A stretch of DNA of 64,000 nucleotides. Origin: a virus (Duplodnaviria; Caudoviricetes). Position 1 is the stretch's first letter. Each line of letters starts with the position of its first letter. The notes beneath the pieces are model-generated. The model did no database searches and was not told the origin of the DNA. It was given only the letters and a program-made list of their open reading frames with translations. Below are positions 28,920 to 37,393 of the stretch, one piece after another. The position numbers were made by a program, and so were the translations under genes. Location of the stretch: positions 79,319-143,318 of IMG/VR virus record IMGVR_UViG_3300033121_001593; one strand, given 5' to 3'.

Positions 28920-29429
28920 CTAATAGACCGGGGGTGGGTCAGGGGTGATCTGCTCCAAGGCACGGCAGAGCTTATCGCCGGCCTCCTCGATATCCCGGCG
29001 CAGCGTCTTCTCGGTGGCCGGAGCGAACAGGTCCACGTTGTCCAGGACTTCGACCGCGGCGTGCACCGCCAGCTTGAGAATAGCCAGGTCGCTCCAGGCC
29101 CGCGATAGCTGCGCCTCGATGGCCAGGCGCTCGTCATTGGAAGCCGGCAGCGGGGCGTCGTCGGGCAGGAGGACCGCCTCGTCTAAAAGCTCGATGGCCC
29201 TGCGCACAAGCCGCGCGTCGCTCATATCCCGGATATGATACTCCGCCTTTTGATCCGGCCGGCCGGCAAAGCGGCTGACGCGCCTAACCTCGATCACGGC
29301 GTCGCTGGTCACGTCCACGGCAGCGGCCCGCGTCCAAACCCGCGCCTCGACCGTGACCGTGTACCGGTCGCCCGGCTGGCTCTCACGAAAGAGGACCGAC
29401 AAGACGGCGTCGGGGTGAATGGCGATCAT
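28920..29429 (-). CDS. Hypothetical protein
   Basis: ATGA overlap with the upstream ORF. Confidence 0.5.
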   Translation of the reverse strand: MIAIHPDAVLSVLFRESQPGDRYTVTVEARVWTRAAAVDVTSDAVIEVRRVSRFAGRPDQKAEYHIRDMSDARLVRRAIELLDEAVLLPDDAPLPASNDERLAIEAQLSRAWSDLAILKLAVHAAVEVLDNVDLFAPATEKTLRRDIEEAGDKLCRALEQITPDPPPVY

Positions 29430-29665
29430 ACGGGCACCGCCTGCCAGGGTGCCTGCTCCAGGGCGACGCGCGCCACGTACCGCCCAACCACACAAGCCTC
29501 CGGCCCCTTCCAGTTATCGGCGTTGGCGTATTCCGCCAGGGCCGCGCGTAAGATCGCCTCGCGCTCCTGCGCGGCCTGCAAAGCCGCCTGCAAGGTCGCC
29601 TCACGGCCCGCCGCCGCCTGCAAAGCCGCCTTCAATCCGTTGATAATACCTTCTGAAGTTGCCAT
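29426..29665 (-). CDS. Hypothetical coiled-coil protein
   Basis: GAGGAG SD; LRAALAEYANADNW. Confidence 0.5.
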   Translation of the reverse strand: MATSEGIINGLKAALQAAAGREATLQAALQAAQEREAILRAALAEYANADNWKGPEACVVGRYVARVALEQAPWQAVPV

Positions 29666-29720
29666 CGTCGTGTCTCCTCGGAGAATGGGGCGGGGCAATT
29701 GCCCCGCCCGGTTGAATGCT

Positions 29721-30125
29721 CTAGCGCGGGCTGGCCCAGACACCGTCGCCAATGTAGGCCACCGCCCGGTGACTGCGGCCGGCGCTCGACGGGCTATTGT
29801 ACAGCTTGATCCGCCCGCCCAGGTGCCGGGCGACCGCTGCAATCGTGTGGCTGCAGGCGCAGCCCTCGCCGATGTTCTGGCCGTATTCACAGGTGCAGGT
29901 ACAGACCAGCGTCGGGCGGGTCGCGCCTTCCATCACGCTGCTGATCTGGCTGACCGTCACCTCGTAGATTTCGCCGGAGTGGCCGGACCCAACTACGAAG
30001 TCGCCGTCGCCGACCATATCCACAACGTGGGTGGCGGCCTTGGCGCTCATGCGGGCGACGTCGCGCTCGATCTCGGTGCCTTTGCGGTTAGTTCGGGGGG
30101 TGAAAACTGTCTTGATGCTGGCCAT
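29721..30125 (-). CDS. SWIM zinc-finger protein
   Basis: YEVTV...CTCTC...CSHTIAAV. Confidence 0.7.
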   Translation of the reverse strand: MASIKTVFTPRTNRKGTEIERDVARMSAKAATHVVDMVGDGDFVVGSGHSGEIYEVTVSQISSVMEGATRPTLVCTCTCEYGQNIGEGCACSHTIAAVARHLGGRIKLYNSPSSAGRSHRAVAYIGDGVWASPR

Positions 30126-30180
30126 GTTCGGGGGTCCTTTGTGCTAACGGGGCCGGAAAGTCCGGCCCCTGATTATCTGT

Positions 30181-30399
30181 CTAGTAGCGAATGCTCGCCT
30201 CGTTGCGGGTCTCAGGCTCGTCGCCGTTGTCGAAAATGATACCGCTGCCGTCGCAGTCGTAGCACCAGTTGTAACCGCTGGCTGCCGGGGCCTGTCCGTC
30301 TCGGCTGCCGCAGCCGCCGCAAGTCTCGCAGATCGGGCTGTCGCCTTCGGCTGCGTCGGGGGTCATTTCGGTCGTCTCGGTCCAGATTGTGCGGGTCAT
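30181..30399 (-). CDS. DnaJ-type Zn-finger early protein (Leu- and Val-free)
   Basis: CETCGGCG...CYDCDGSG; first ORF behind a promoter. Confidence 0.65.
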   Translation of the reverse strand: MTRTIWTETTEMTPDAAEGDSPICETCGGCGSRDGQAPAASGYNWCYDCDGSGIIFDNGDEPETRNEASIRY

Positions 30400-30453
30400 T
30401 TTCGGTGTCCTTTGCGTTCGCTGCGGCTGAATTAACGTATCTAACTATAAATC

Positions 30454-30525
30454 ATTTTACTCCTAGTCATTCAATTTGTCAAGGGGCTGAACCTTAAAAG
30501 ATTCGCATTTTTCAAAACTCGTTTG
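30454..30525 (-). promoter_or_regulatory. Early promoter (type B)
   Basis: TTTAAGGTT-7-TTGACA-17-TAAAAT. Confidence 0.8.
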
Positions 30526-30543
30526 AGCCAGGCCGGGCGGCCC

Positions 30544-31737
30544 TCATTCATAGTCGCCGGCCCGCCCGACCAACTCGACCAGAAAGGCGATGGTGGCCTG
30601 AGCGTCATTGTAGACGGTGAACTCGTCGCGCCGCGGCCAGGAGATCGGGTTAGGCGGGGCGACCGCGTGCATCGAGTCGTACAGGCCCTGGGCGGCCCCG
30701 TGGTGCCCGTCGTCCTGGCGGACGGTGACCTTTTTCTCCCGGCCCAGCTTGACCGAGAATACCGCCATGCAGGCCGGATCATCGCTGCTACCGCCGCCCC
30801 AGCGTGCGCCCTTCAGGCTCGTGTAGCTGATCGACTTATGCGCCCAGTCGGCAAAGTACAGGCCCTTGCCCAAGGCCCAGCCGTTTGAGTATGACGGGCG
30901 GATAACTAAGCCCTGCGTCATGATCGACCAGAAGTTCGGCGTCTTGCTACCGTGAAAGAGCAGCCGGCCTTTTTCGCCGGGCTTCCAGGCGTCATACTTG
31001 GCCTGCGTGGCGAAGTGGATCACCCGCCAAATCCGGCCGATGTTCGGCTTGCTCTGAGCCTCGACCAAGGCCAGGACTTGCGCCCGCTCAGCCGGCGTCG
31101 CCTCCCGGATATCGAGGCCGATGGCGTCCAGCACCGTTTGATCGGCGGCGGTAGGCTGCGGGCGTGCCCTCAGGCTGGCGCGTAGCTGATCGACTAAGGC
31201 TTGCTCGTCGGCGAGCTTTGCGCCGATCACATGCCGCGCCGCGCCGGCCGGCAGTAGCTCGTCGGCGACCTTGCGCATCTTACGGGGCAAGACCCGCCAT
31301 AGCTCGACCAGGCCGGCGTTGACGGCGCTGACCGTCATCTGCCCGTTGAGGCCGCCGATCCGGTCCAGGATGCGCTGCGCCTCGACTAGCTGCGCCTCGG
31401 TGATGCTCTCAGCGTCCGAGTAGCTGGCGGCGATTGAGACGCCCGCCTTTTGCTGCAGCCAGTCCACCAGCCAGCCGACCGAGCCGGCCAGGGGCTTGAA
31501 AGCGACCGCGTCCAGCGTGCGCTTTTGCGCCGTCATATCCCGATAATCGTGCTTCTCCCGCGTCCGAATCGTCGGGTTCCACTCCGACATAGGGAATACC
31601 TTTGACTGGCCCGCCGTGCCCACCCGGCCCCAGCGCGCCGTGAAGGTCGATCCCGCGGGGTCGGCCTTCATCTCGTAGAATTTATTGGCGTTGGCGTCCG
31701 CCGCCACCTTGATCCCGTACCAGAAATCTGTCGTCAT
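30544..31737 (-). CDS. PARP-family ADP-ribosyltransferase with WGR and regulatory domains
   Basis: NANKFYEM...RWGRVG (WGR); LLFHGS, GKGLYFAD.A.KSISY and DEFTVY give the H-Y-E triad. Confidence 0.9.
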   Translation of the reverse strand: MTTDFWYGIKVAADANANKFYEMKADPAGSTFTARWGRVGTAGQSKVFPMSEWNPTIRTREKHDYRDMTAQKRTLDAVAFKPLAGSVGWLVDWLQQKAGVSIAASYSDAESITEAQLVEAQRILDRIGGLNGQMTVSAVNAGLVELWRVLPRKMRKVADELLPAGAARHVIGAKLADEQALVDQLRASLRARPQPTAADQTVLDAIGLDIREATPAERAQVLALVEAQSKPNIGRIWRVIHFATQAKYDAWKPGEKGRLLFHGSKTPNFWSIMTQGLVIRPSYSNGWALGKGLYFADWAHKSISYTSLKGARWGGGSSDDPACMAVFSVKLGREKKVTVRQDDGHHGAAQGLYDSMHAVAPPNPISWPRRDEFTVYNDAQATIAFLVELVGRAGDYE

Positions 31738-31738
31738 G

Positions 31739-31966
31739 TTACGCTCCGAACTCGGCGGCCATCCGGGCGGCCCATGGCTTTGCAGCGGCGCACTTCGGCA
31801 TCTTGGCTGTGGCGCTCGCCACCGTCATCCGCCCGCCGCGCACCTTGTAGTACAGGCCCTGCGCCTTCAGTTCGGCGGGGCTGATCGTGGCAGCCGGGCC
31901 GGTCTGCTCGAACATTCCGAATATTTCCTGCTCGGTCATGGGGGCGCTGGTGGTCTGGGTGGTCAT
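31739..31966 (-). CDS. Hypothetical early protein
   Basis: First ORF behind a promoter, abuts the PARP gene. Confidence 0.6.
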   Translation of the reverse strand: MTTQTTSAPMTEQEIFGMFEQTGPAATISPAELKAQGLYYKVRGGRMTVASATAKMPKCAAAKPWAARMAAEFGA

Positions 31967-32023
31967 GGCTTGGGTGTCCTTTTCGCTCGCTGCGGGTGAA
32001 TTTGTGCTATCTAACTATAAACC

Positions 32024-32097
32024 ATTTTACTCCTACTTGTTCAAAATGTCAAGCATTTTCAGGGCCTCTTTTGGCCTTCTTGGAAAGTTTTAAGGTT
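32024..32097 (-). promoter_or_regulatory. Early promoter (type A)
   Basis: AACCTTAAA box, TTGACA-17-TAAAAT. Confidence 0.8.
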
Positions 32098-32111
32098 CGG
32101 AAAGCGCGCCC

Positions 32112-32170
32112 AAAAAGAAGCCCCGCCCCTATTTCTCGTTTGAGTAAAACCGACGCGCTTCTCTTTTTTG
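32112..32170. terminator. Hairpin with conserved loop (inverted copy at 55117-55169)
   Basis: GAAGC...TTTCTCGTTTGAGTAAAACCG...GCTTC flanked by A- and T-runs. Confidence 0.5.
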
Positions 32171-32190
32171 ATCGAGAAGCGCGTCGGACC

Positions 32191-32526
32191 CTAGCGCAGC
32201 AGCAGCAGGATCGTCACCACCAGGCCGGCGATAGCCAGCAGGGCCAGGCCCTCACGCGCCCTCAGGCGCAGCAGCAGGCGGGCCGCGCCCTCGGCGGCCT
32301 CCGCCTCCGCAAAGCTCGGACCCGGCGCGTCGATTAGCTCCTCGGCGCGCGGGAAGGTGAAGGCGATCACCTCCTCAAGCTCCACCCTCGAAGGCGGGCG
32401 GCTATACCGCTCCATGTATAGCCCGATCACGTCCTCGAAAGCCTTACCCATCACGTCCCAGGGGCCGTCGCCTACGCGGTAGCCCGTATCCCTGCCCTGC
32501 TCATCAATCAAGGCTTGCCAGCCCAT
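32191..32526 (-). CDS. Hypothetical protein with C-terminal TM helix
   Basis: GDGPWDVM; hydrophobic tail. Confidence 0.55.
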   Translation of the reverse strand: MGWQALIDEQGRDTGYRVGDGPWDVMGKAFEDVIGLYMERYSRPPSRVELEEVIAFTFPRAEELIDAPGPSFAEAEAAEGAARLLLRLRAREGLALLAIAGLVVTILLLLR

Positions 32527-32538
32527 AGCCTGCCTCCT

Positions 32539-33345
32539 TTAGCGCCAGCCGGCGCTCGCTCGGTCGGTGATTTGCTCGATGGCGACACGTAGATTGTCGC
32601 TGATTTTTTCGGGCGGCAGATCGAACGTCTTTGACCGTTCCACGTACTGCGCCGCCCAGGCCGTCAGGGCGGCGACCTCGCCGGCCTCCACCACGCGCCC
32701 GCCAAAGCCAAGGCGCTTGGCCGTCGCCAGATTCGTCGCCTCACGCATACACTCGACCGGCCAGGCGGGGTTCCAGGTCAGGGCGTCGAAGTCCAGCGAC
32801 GGGGGATTGCCCGATGACAGGCTCTCCAGCGATGATAGCGCCGGCACCAAGAACATCAGCCAGTCCTTGACCGTCGCGCCCTCCGGCCAGCCCTGCCGTG
32901 CCTGGTTGCGCGCCTGGCTGGCGTAAGCCTGCACCAGGGCCGACCGGCGGTGGATCATGTACCAAAGATGAGCCACCGACTGGCCCAGCGGGGTCGTTAC
33001 GTAGAGCAAGGGGCTGGCCAGCCATTCCAGGGCGGTCGGGTTGGACCGCAAGACCAGGCCCAGGAACTTGGTTAATTCCATGCCGGCGGCGTCGATTGTC
33101 GCCGGCACGCTCAGGCCCAGGACCGCCCAGTCCAGCTTGTCCAGGACCTCACGCGTCGCCGTCCGGTCAACCCGGAAGTACCAGGCGGTCGGGGGAACGT
33201 ACACGAAGCGCAGATCGTGGTCGCTCGTCTCCGCGCCCAGGCCGCGCGCCCGTGAGCCGGCGTCTACCGCATAGATCACGGTGTAGCCCGTCGCCTGCTC
33301 GATGGCCTGTAAAAGGCCCTTGATTTCGTCTCGATATGTCGTCAT
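32539..33345 (-). CDS. DNA pol-beta superfamily nucleotidyltransferase (YcgL/RlaP-like)
   Basis: AVDAGSRARGLGAETSDHDLRFVY, ELTKFLGLVLRSNPTALEWLASP. Confidence 0.85.
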   Translation of the reverse strand: MTTYRDEIKGLLQAIEQATGYTVIYAVDAGSRARGLGAETSDHDLRFVYVPPTAWYFRVDRTATREVLDKLDWAVLGLSVPATIDAAGMELTKFLGLVLRSNPTALEWLASPLLYVTTPLGQSVAHLWYMIHRRSALVQAYASQARNQARQGWPEGATVKDWLMFLVPALSSLESLSSGNPPSLDFDALTWNPAWPVECMREATNLATAKRLGFGGRVVEAGEVAALTAWAAQYVERSKTFDLPPEKISDNLRVAIEQITDRASAGWR

Positions 33346-33388
33346 AGCCTACTCCTTTCTAAAAGCCCGTAGCGGCCCGCCTAGCGCC

Positions 33389-33820
33389 TCACAAGCCCGC
33401 TAGCGCGTCCCTTGCCCGATTGATTGCCCAGGTTAGCCAGGCGTCAGCGTCGGCCTTGCTGACCGCGCCTAGCCCGCCGTGAGACGCCAAAGCGATGGCG
33501 TCGTCGTAGAGCGTGCGGGTCTTGGTTGCCCGCACCAGGATATCTCCGACCGACCGGTTAGCCGAGTCGGCGTAGAAGTCCCAAAGCGTCACGAACCAGC
33601 CAGGCGGGGCCAGCCGGTCGTCAGCGTTCATCGCCTCGACCTCGATCTGGTATCGGGCGAATACGATGGCGGCGGCGACTTCGCCGGCCCGCAGCGGCGA
33701 GAGCTTGGGATCACGCTGGCCAATCGACACGGCGAGCAGGGTGGTCACCGCCTCGATCAGGCCGTCAGCGTAGGCCGCCAGGATTGGATAATCGGCGGGG
33801 GTCGTGTTCGTGGTATTCAT
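33389..33820 (-). CDS. Hypothetical protein
   Basis: GGAGG SD. Confidence 0.55.
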   Translation of the reverse strand: MNTTNTTPADYPILAAYADGLIEAVTTLLAVSIGQRDPKLSPLRAGEVAAAIVFARYQIEVEAMNADDRLAPPGWFVTLWDFYADSANRSVGDILVRATKTRTLYDDAIALASHGGLGAVSKADADAWLTWAINRARDALAGL

Positions 33821-34404
33821 TTTACCTCCAGATCGATCCGGGCGAGCAAGTCCTGCACGCTCGAAGCGTTCATCCAGAACACAAAGCGGTCACTGCCGGT
33901 CCAGGCGTCGAAGTAGACGACGCGCCCGTTTGAGTCAACCTTGATCCACCAGCCCTCGGTGAATAGAACCGCGAAAGGTTCCAGGCTACGACCGCGGGGA
34001 GCGAGGCCTCGAAAGCAGCCGGTGGCCCGATCCGCTGCGCCCAGGATAACGTCGCGCCAGTCGGAAGCCGGCCCGGAGTCGGCGTTCACGTCCCTGCCCC
34101 GCAGCCGGCCCCAAGGCTCGGTGACCGAAGCGGGCGGGATCACGGCGTCGGGGAAGCGAGCCGGCGGCGGTGCCATGAGAGGATCGACCAGCGGCCGGAA
34201 CTGGTCAGCGTGGCCCCAGCGGTCCAGGCCCATGACAGGCCGGCCGCCTACGCTTGCGCCCTGATCGAGACGAACGTCGAAGATCGGCCGGCCGTCGTCA
34301 AAGTCACCCGTGCCCGTGATCGTGCCGGGCAGCCAGTGTTTGCTGTATCCGCTGTTCTTGTATTCCACGCGGTCCCCAAGTTGGGGGGTGTAGCTGTCGC
34401 TCAT
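33817..34404 (-). CDS. Hypothetical protein with N-terminal SH3-like domain
   Basis: LGDRVEY...WLPGTI...RWGHADQFRP, paralogous to 34428-34649. Confidence 0.55.
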   Translation of the reverse strand: MSDSYTPQLGDRVEYKNSGYSKHWLPGTITGTGDFDDGRPIFDVRLDQGASVGGRPVMGLDRWGHADQFRPLVDPLMAPPPARFPDAVIPPASVTEPWGRLRGRDVNADSGPASDWRDVILGAADRATGCFRGLAPRGRSLEPFAVLFTEGWWIKVDSNGRVVYFDAWTGSDRFVFWMNASSVQDLLARIDLEVK

Positions 34405-34427
34405 AATCTGATCCTTTCGTCTGTAGC

Positions 34428-34649
34428 CTACGCGGCCGGGGCCGGGCGGAACTGATCGTCGTAGCCCCACCTGGAGTCGCCGGAGTCCAGGGTGACGGTG
34501 TAGCAGCGATAGCCGCGGTGCTCGAAGGCGTCGGCGCTGACCGTGCCTGGCTCCCAGGCGTGGGTCTTCCGGTTCAGGTACTCGCAGCGGTCGCCTTTGT
34601 GAAGCTCGGCCGGTTCGGCTTGGTCGGTGGTAGGGTAACGGTCATACAT
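34428..34649 (-). CDS. Small SH3-like protein
   Basis: KGDRCEY...WEPGTV...RWGYDDQFRP. Confidence 0.6.
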   Translation of the reverse strand: MYDRYPTTDQAEPAELHKGDRCEYLNRKTHAWEPGTVSADAFEHRGYRCYTVTLDSGDSRWGYDDQFRPAPAA

Positions 34650-34673
34650 CGTCTGGAGTCCTTTGGCCAGCCC

Positions 34674-35045
34674 TCAGGCGACCGGCGCTGCGATCATCTT
34701 GGGAGCCAGGTCGGGGTGAACGTAGATGCGGATACCGTGATCCTTACCGCAGAAGGTGATGTGCTCTACCACAAAAACGGTTTTTGACAGTTCGACCGTC
34801 CGGCCCTCGTCACCCTTGCGGCCGGGTGCGAAGGGGCGTGACGTTTCGACATAGACGCCGTCGGCCTCGGCCTCGATGACCTTGTAAATCGACCTCGTGC
34901 CGTCGCCGAAGCCGGTGTCCCACATCTGCATCGTGGGCCGGACCTCGGCCCTGATCGTGCGGCCCTTGTACTCCGGGAAGGTCGCCGCCAGGATGGCCTT
35001 GACGGCTTTGTTAGTCTTGCTCAGGGGAATGGCTGGGGTCAACAT
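34674..35045 (-). CDS. Hypothetical protein
   Basis: ATFPEYKGR...FCGKDHGIRIYVHP. Confidence 0.6.
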   Translation of the reverse strand: MLTPAIPLSKTNKAVKAILAATFPEYKGRTIRAEVRPTMQMWDTGFGDGTRSIYKVIEAEADGVYVETSRPFAPGRKGDEGRTVELSKTVFVVEHITFCGKDHGIRIYVHPDLAPKMIAAPVA

Positions 35046-35070
35046 AGTGGGGGTGCCCTTTCGTAAAATT

Positions 35071-35119
35071 CCGCCTGCCGGTCGGCCTCGGTGATTGAGG
35101 AGCTTGCCCGGTCAGGCGG
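35071..35119 (-). ncRNA. Intergenic structured RNA motif, copy 2
   Basis: CCGCCTGACCGG-GCAAGCT-CCTC-AATCACC-GAGG-CCGA-CCGGCAGGCGG. Confidence 0.45.
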
Positions 35120-35133
35120 CTGGTTTTGAGTGA

Positions 35134-35451
35134 CTAGAAGCTGGCGAAACCGTTGCTGCAGTCGGTCATCCAGCGGCTGGTGGCCTCGGCGCTGAATGCC
35201 TGCGCCTGTGCCTCGGCGTCGGCCTCGAAGGTGCCCTCGGTGCCGAATTCTGCGAACATGGCCGCCATACGGGCCATCTCGGCCTCGATGACTTCGGTCT
35301 GCTCGGCGTCGGCCTCGGTGGCGATACCGCTCTCGATGATGAACCAGCCGGTGGCGGTCTGGAAGGTCTGCTCGGTGCGGGCAGCTTGGCGGGCTGCCTG
35401 GCGGGTGGCGATGATTGCGGTCCAGTCCTGGGTGGTGGTTTGGGTGGTCAT
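35134..35451 (-). CDS. Acidic early protein (Leu-free)
   Basis: 105 aa, no Leu; first ORF behind a promoter divergent from the CCA-type gene. Confidence 0.65.
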   Translation of the reverse strand: MTTQTTTQDWTAIIATRQAARQAARTEQTFQTATGWFIIESGIATEADAEQTEVIEAEMARMAAMFAEFGTEGTFEADAEAQAQAFSAEATSRWMTDCSNGFASF

Positions 35452-35510
35452 GTTCGGCGGTTCCTTTCGAGAGTTTCGCTGCGGCTGAATTAACTATCTA
35501 ACTATAAATC

Positions 35511-35582
35511 ATTTTACTCCTACTTGTTCAATTTGTCAAGGGGTTGAACCTTAAAACTTTGCCTTTTTTCAAAACTCGTTTG
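35511..35582 (-). promoter_or_regulatory. Early promoter (type B)
   Basis: TTTAAGGTT-7-TTGACA-17-TAAAAT. Confidence 0.8.
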
Positions 35583-35619
35583 AGCCGGCCCGGCCCGAAA
35601 AGTAACCCCCAAAAAGGCT

Positions 35620-35659
35620 ATATTGCTACTTGACAAACTGAATGATATCATGATATAAT
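35620..35659 (+). promoter_or_regulatory. Promoter of the CCA-type gene (subtype shared with rtcB)
   Basis: ATATTGCTAC-TTGACA-18-TATAAT with TGn extension. Confidence 0.75.
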
Positions 35660-35706
35660 GGGCTTAGTTAGATAAGCCAAGCCGAACCGAAAGGACGCCC
35701 GCCGAA

Positions 35707-37029
35707 ATGAAGATCAGCCCCGCAGCAGAGACCATCAGCCGAATAATCGAGACCGCAGGCGGAAGCGCCTGGATCACGGGCGGGGCCTGCCGCGACGAGA
35801 TCATGGGCCGGACGCCTCGCGACTTCGACATCGAGGCTTTCGGGATCACGAAGGAAGCGGCCTGTGAGGCTATCCGGGCCGCAGGCTTCGCCTGCAAGAT
35901 CGCCGGAGCCGCCTACAGCATTATCATCGCCACGGTGGACGGCGAGGATATCGAGATTAGCATCAGCGCCGGCACGATTGCCGAGGCTGCCGCCCGGCGC
36001 GACTTCACCGCCAACGCCATCTACTTCCGCCCGGCCACCGGCGAGTGGGCCGACTCCTTCGGCGGCCGCGCCGATATCGAGGCCGGCATCATTCGAGCCA
36101 CGCCCGGCTTCGCTCAGGACCCCGGCCGCATGATGCGGGCCGCCCGCTTCGCCGCCCGCTTCGGCTGGACCATCGAGCCGGCGACGCGTGACATGATCCG
36201 GGCCATGGCCGGTCGTATGAGCGAAGTGGCCACGGAGCGCATCTGGCCGGAATTCGCCAAGGCTTTCGAGGCCGACCGCCCCGGCGACTTCATCCGGGCC
36301 ATGGCCGAGATCGGCATCATGGGCCACTTCCCCGAAATCGCCGCCATCTGGGACTGCCCGCAGGACCCGGCTTGGCACCCTGAGGGACCGACCGGCCCCC
36401 ACTCCGCTCACACGATGGACGCCGCCGCCGCCATCTGCCGGCGCGACGGTATCACAGGCGAGGATCGGATCGCCTTCATCGCCGGAGCCATGGTGCACGA
36501 CTTCGGCAAGGCTACGACGACGGTGACGCGGGAAGACGGGCGCATCGCCAGCCCCGGACACGCCGAGGCCGGTATCGAGATCGCCGCCCGCTTTTTCGCC
36601 CGCTGCGGCATCGCCGGCAGCCCGGTGGCCGAGCGAGCCATCGCCATGACGGCTGAGCACATGAGCCACACGGGCGAGATCAGCCCCCGCACGGTGCGCC
36701 GGATCGCCGCCCGCATCGCCCGCCATGGCGCGACGATCAGCGACATCGCCCGGATCATCGAGGCCGACGCCTCCGGCCGCCCGCCCATCCCGGCGGGGAT
36801 GCCTGAGGGTGGCCGGCGCATGATCGAGATCGCCGCCTCCATGGCGATTGTGGACGCCGCCCCCGTGGCCATCATCATGGGCCGGCACTGCATCGCCGCC
36901 GGCATGGCCCCCGGTCCCCGCATGGGCCGGATCGTGCGAGCCGCCTTCGAGGCTCAAATCGACGGGGCCTTCGAGGACGAGGCCGGCGGGATCGCCTGGA
37001 TCGCCGAACACGCCGCCGAAATCGCATAG
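35707..37029 (+). CDS. cca: Class II tRNA nucleotidyltransferase (CCA/CC-adding) fused to an HD phosphohydrolase; leucine-free
   Basis: GGACRD...DFDIE (motif A), RRDFTANA, QDPGRMMRAARF, ERIWPE; HD domain HPEG..GPH, VHDFGK, GHAEAG, ADASGR; C-terminal GRH...PGPRMG. Confidence 0.92.
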   Translation: MKISPAAETISRIIETAGGSAWITGGACRDEIMGRTPRDFDIEAFGITKEAACEAIRAAGFACKIAGAAYSIIIATVDGEDIEISISAGTIAEAAARRDFTANAIYFRPATGEWADSFGGRADIEAGIIRATPGFAQDPGRMMRAARFAARFGWTIEPATRDMIRAMAGRMSEVATERIWPEFAKAFEADRPGDFIRAMAEIGIMGHFPEIAAIWDCPQDPAWHPEGPTGPHSAHTMDAAAAICRRDGITGEDRIAFIAGAMVHDFGKATTTVTREDGRIASPGHAEAGIEIAARFFARCGIAGSPVAERAIAMTAEHMSHTGEISPRTVRRIAARIARHGATISDIARIIEADASGRPPIPAGMPEGGRRMIEIAASMAIVDAAPVAIIMGRHCIAAGMAPGPRMGRIVRAAFEAQIDGAFEDEAGGIAWIAEHAAEIA

Positions 37030-37056
37030 GGCAGCCGCAAGGCTGGGGGGAGGCCC

Positions 37057-37129
37057 AACCTTAAATTTTTTGAATATCCCCAAAGAGGCCCCTTTTTTGC
37101 TTGACAAATTGAACGACCTGATATATAAT
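37057..37129 (+). promoter_or_regulatory. Early promoter (type A)
   Basis: AACCTTAAA box, TTGACA-17-TATAAT. Confidence 0.8.
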
Positions 37130-37177
37130 GACTATAGTGAAGTAGATCAAACGCAGCGAGCGAAAAGGACCCCTAAA

Positions 37178-37366
37178 ATGTTCAACGACAATGCAATCAT
37201 CGACAGCCTGACCAAGGGACAAGAAATCGAAGTTATCAACCCCGACACCGGCCGCCGGGAAACCGCCACGGTCACGGGAACGAGCGAGCACAAAGGCAAC
37301 CCGATTGCATACGTCATATTCGCAAACGGCGACGAAAAATACATCTTCGCCTCCCAAATCTGCTAA
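37178..37366 (+). CDS. Small SH3-like early protein
   Basis: ATG 37178 with AAAAGGA SD; LTKGQEIEV...ATVTG...YVIFANG. Confidence 0.6.
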   Translation: MFNDNAIIDSLTKGQEIEVINPDTGRRETATVTGTSEHKGNPIAYVIFANGDEKYIFASQIC

Positions 37367-37393
37367 GACCTCAGCGCAAAGGACCGCCCGACA

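Noticed and set aside
35707-37029. Alternative genetic code as the explanation for missing Leu
   Set aside because: Other genes use Leu codons normally at conserved positions, and Leu sites here are replaced by several different residues (I, M, A, G, C, V).
35668-37107. 479-aa antisense ORF over the CCA-type gene
   Set aside because: It is in the same codon register. It stays open because the sense gene has no TTA/CTA (Leu) or TCA codons, which would be antisense stops. No protein-like motifs.
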